32,000 nt of DNA from Sinorhizobium meliloti. GTDB lineage: Bacteria > Pseudomonadota > Alphaproteobacteria > Rhizobiales > Rhizobiaceae. This document shows positions 31,196-32,000 of this stretch, piece after piece; the stretch's first letter is position 1; every line of letters begins with the position of its first letter. The stretch lies in assembly GCF_017876815.1 (NCBI RefSeq), contig NZ_JAGIOS010000004.1, positions 120,001-152,000 of the forward strand, in the 5' to 3' direction. Under the pieces are notes generated by a model that saw only the letters and a program-made list of their open reading frames with translations, searched no databases and was not told the DNA's origin. The translations under genes and the position numbers were made by a program.

Positions 31196-31388
31196 ATAAG
31201 CAGGTTTCTGTGACGTTAGATGGATCACTGGCCTTCTGAATTGTCGGTACACAGGCCAATCCTCGAACCCAGTTCGTCAGGCTGGATCTCGCCAGCGATG
31301 TCGTCGTCGGTGACAACAGATGCACCTGAAACGCGCGCAGTCCAAGACGGTCTGGCGATCGCCCGAATGGCGGAACTTGGTCACCGCA

Positions 31389-32000
31389 GGGACTGTCAGG
31401 AATTCTGTGCGGTGGGCCGGTTTCATCAGTTGAAGAACCGCTCGCCAAAGATGACGGCGAACTGTGTCTTTGCCTCGACCCATTCCCGCGGCGCCCGTTT
31501 CCATTGCTCGGCCGCGTTGTTAAGAACGAGATATAACAGCTTCATCGCGGCTTCGTCACCAGGGAAATGCCCGCGAGAACGCACAGCTCGCCGAAGCTTC
31601 GAGTTGAGGGCCTCTATTGCGTTCGTCGTGTAGATGATGCGGCGGACCCCTTCGGGGAAGGCGAAGAAGGGAACGACGTGTTCCCAGTTGCGCCGCCAGC
31701 TTTGAGCGATAGCGGGATATTTCTGGCCCCAGTACCCTTCCTCGAAGGCCTCCAGCGCCTTCAGGCCCGCCTCGGCATCTCGGGCGCGGTAGATGGCTCT
31801 CAACGCCGGCACAACGGTCCTTCTATCCTTATAGGATACGAACTCCAACGAGTGCCGGATCAGGTGGACGATGCAGGTCTGGACGATTGTTTGGGGAAAG
31901 ACGGCGGTGATGGCCTCGGGGAAGCCCTTCAAGCCGTCGACCACGGCGATTAGGATATCCTGGCAACCGCGGTTCTTCAGCTCGTTCATGACCCGCAGCC
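31389..32000 (-). mobile_element. IS256-family element, partial (continues past the right edge)
   Basis: Transposase C-terminal part with stop at 31426. The candidate terminal sequence GGGACTGTCAGGAATTCTGTGCGG starts near 31389; this end is tentative. Confidence 0.7.
31426..32000 (-). CDS. IS256-family transposase, C-terminal about 190 codons (N-terminus outside the window)
   Basis: (LRV)MNELKNRGCQDILIAVVDGLKGFPEAITAVFPQTIVQTCIVHLIRHSLEFVSYKDRR...YPAIAQSWRRNWEHVVPFFAFPEGVRRIIYTTNAIEALNSKLRR. The frame is open to position 32000. Confidence 0.92.
   Translation of the reverse strand, partial: LRVMNELKNRGCQDILIAVVDGLKGFPEAITAVFPQTIVQTCIVHLIRHSLEFVSYKDRRTVVPALRAIYRARDAEAGLKALEAFEEGYWGQKYPAIAQSWRRNWEHVVPFFAFPEGVRRIIYTTNAIEALNSKLRRAVRSRGHFPGDEAAMKLLYLVLNNAAEQWKRAPREWVEAKTQFAVIFGERFFN

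Overview
Alphaproteobacterial, Rhizobiaceae-like accessory DNA, most plausibly a plasmid or symbiosis-island segment (inferred from aapQMP, Ros/MucR, DUF1403, a phasin and the IS families present). It is a mosaic of a few intact genes and many insertion-sequence scars. Intact-looking genes: a DUF1003 membrane protein, groEL, a 1126-aa SWIM-zinc-finger SNF2 helicase, a tyrosine recombinase translationally coupled to a vapBC toxin-antitoxin pair, a Ros/MucR-type regulator, a phasin and a secreted SnoaL/NTF2-like protein. Mobile DNA: about ten IS elements or relics from six families (three IS5-family, one IS701, an IS66 relic, one complete IS21 plus an istB relic, an IS6 relic, two IS256 pieces). 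Decay products: a truncated and frameshifted groES, a truncated DUF1403 gene, an IS21-split LysR gene, an SDR relic and a degraded aapQMP amino-acid ABC operon. Three breakpoints leave open hybrid ORFs: M16 peptidase::GH12 glycosidase, aapQ::aapM and aapP::IS256 transposase. I saw no rRNA, tRNA or CRISPR array. I could not recognise a complete novel multi-gene system. The best follow-up candidates are the co-directional vapB-vapC-int-SNF2 array that replaces the 5' half of groES, the M16::GH12 hybrid, a MucR paralogue lacking two of the four zinc ligands, and a 37-bp-periodic GGGAGGAGG repeat in a convergent intergenic region. IS end coordinates were read by eye and may be off by a few bp.
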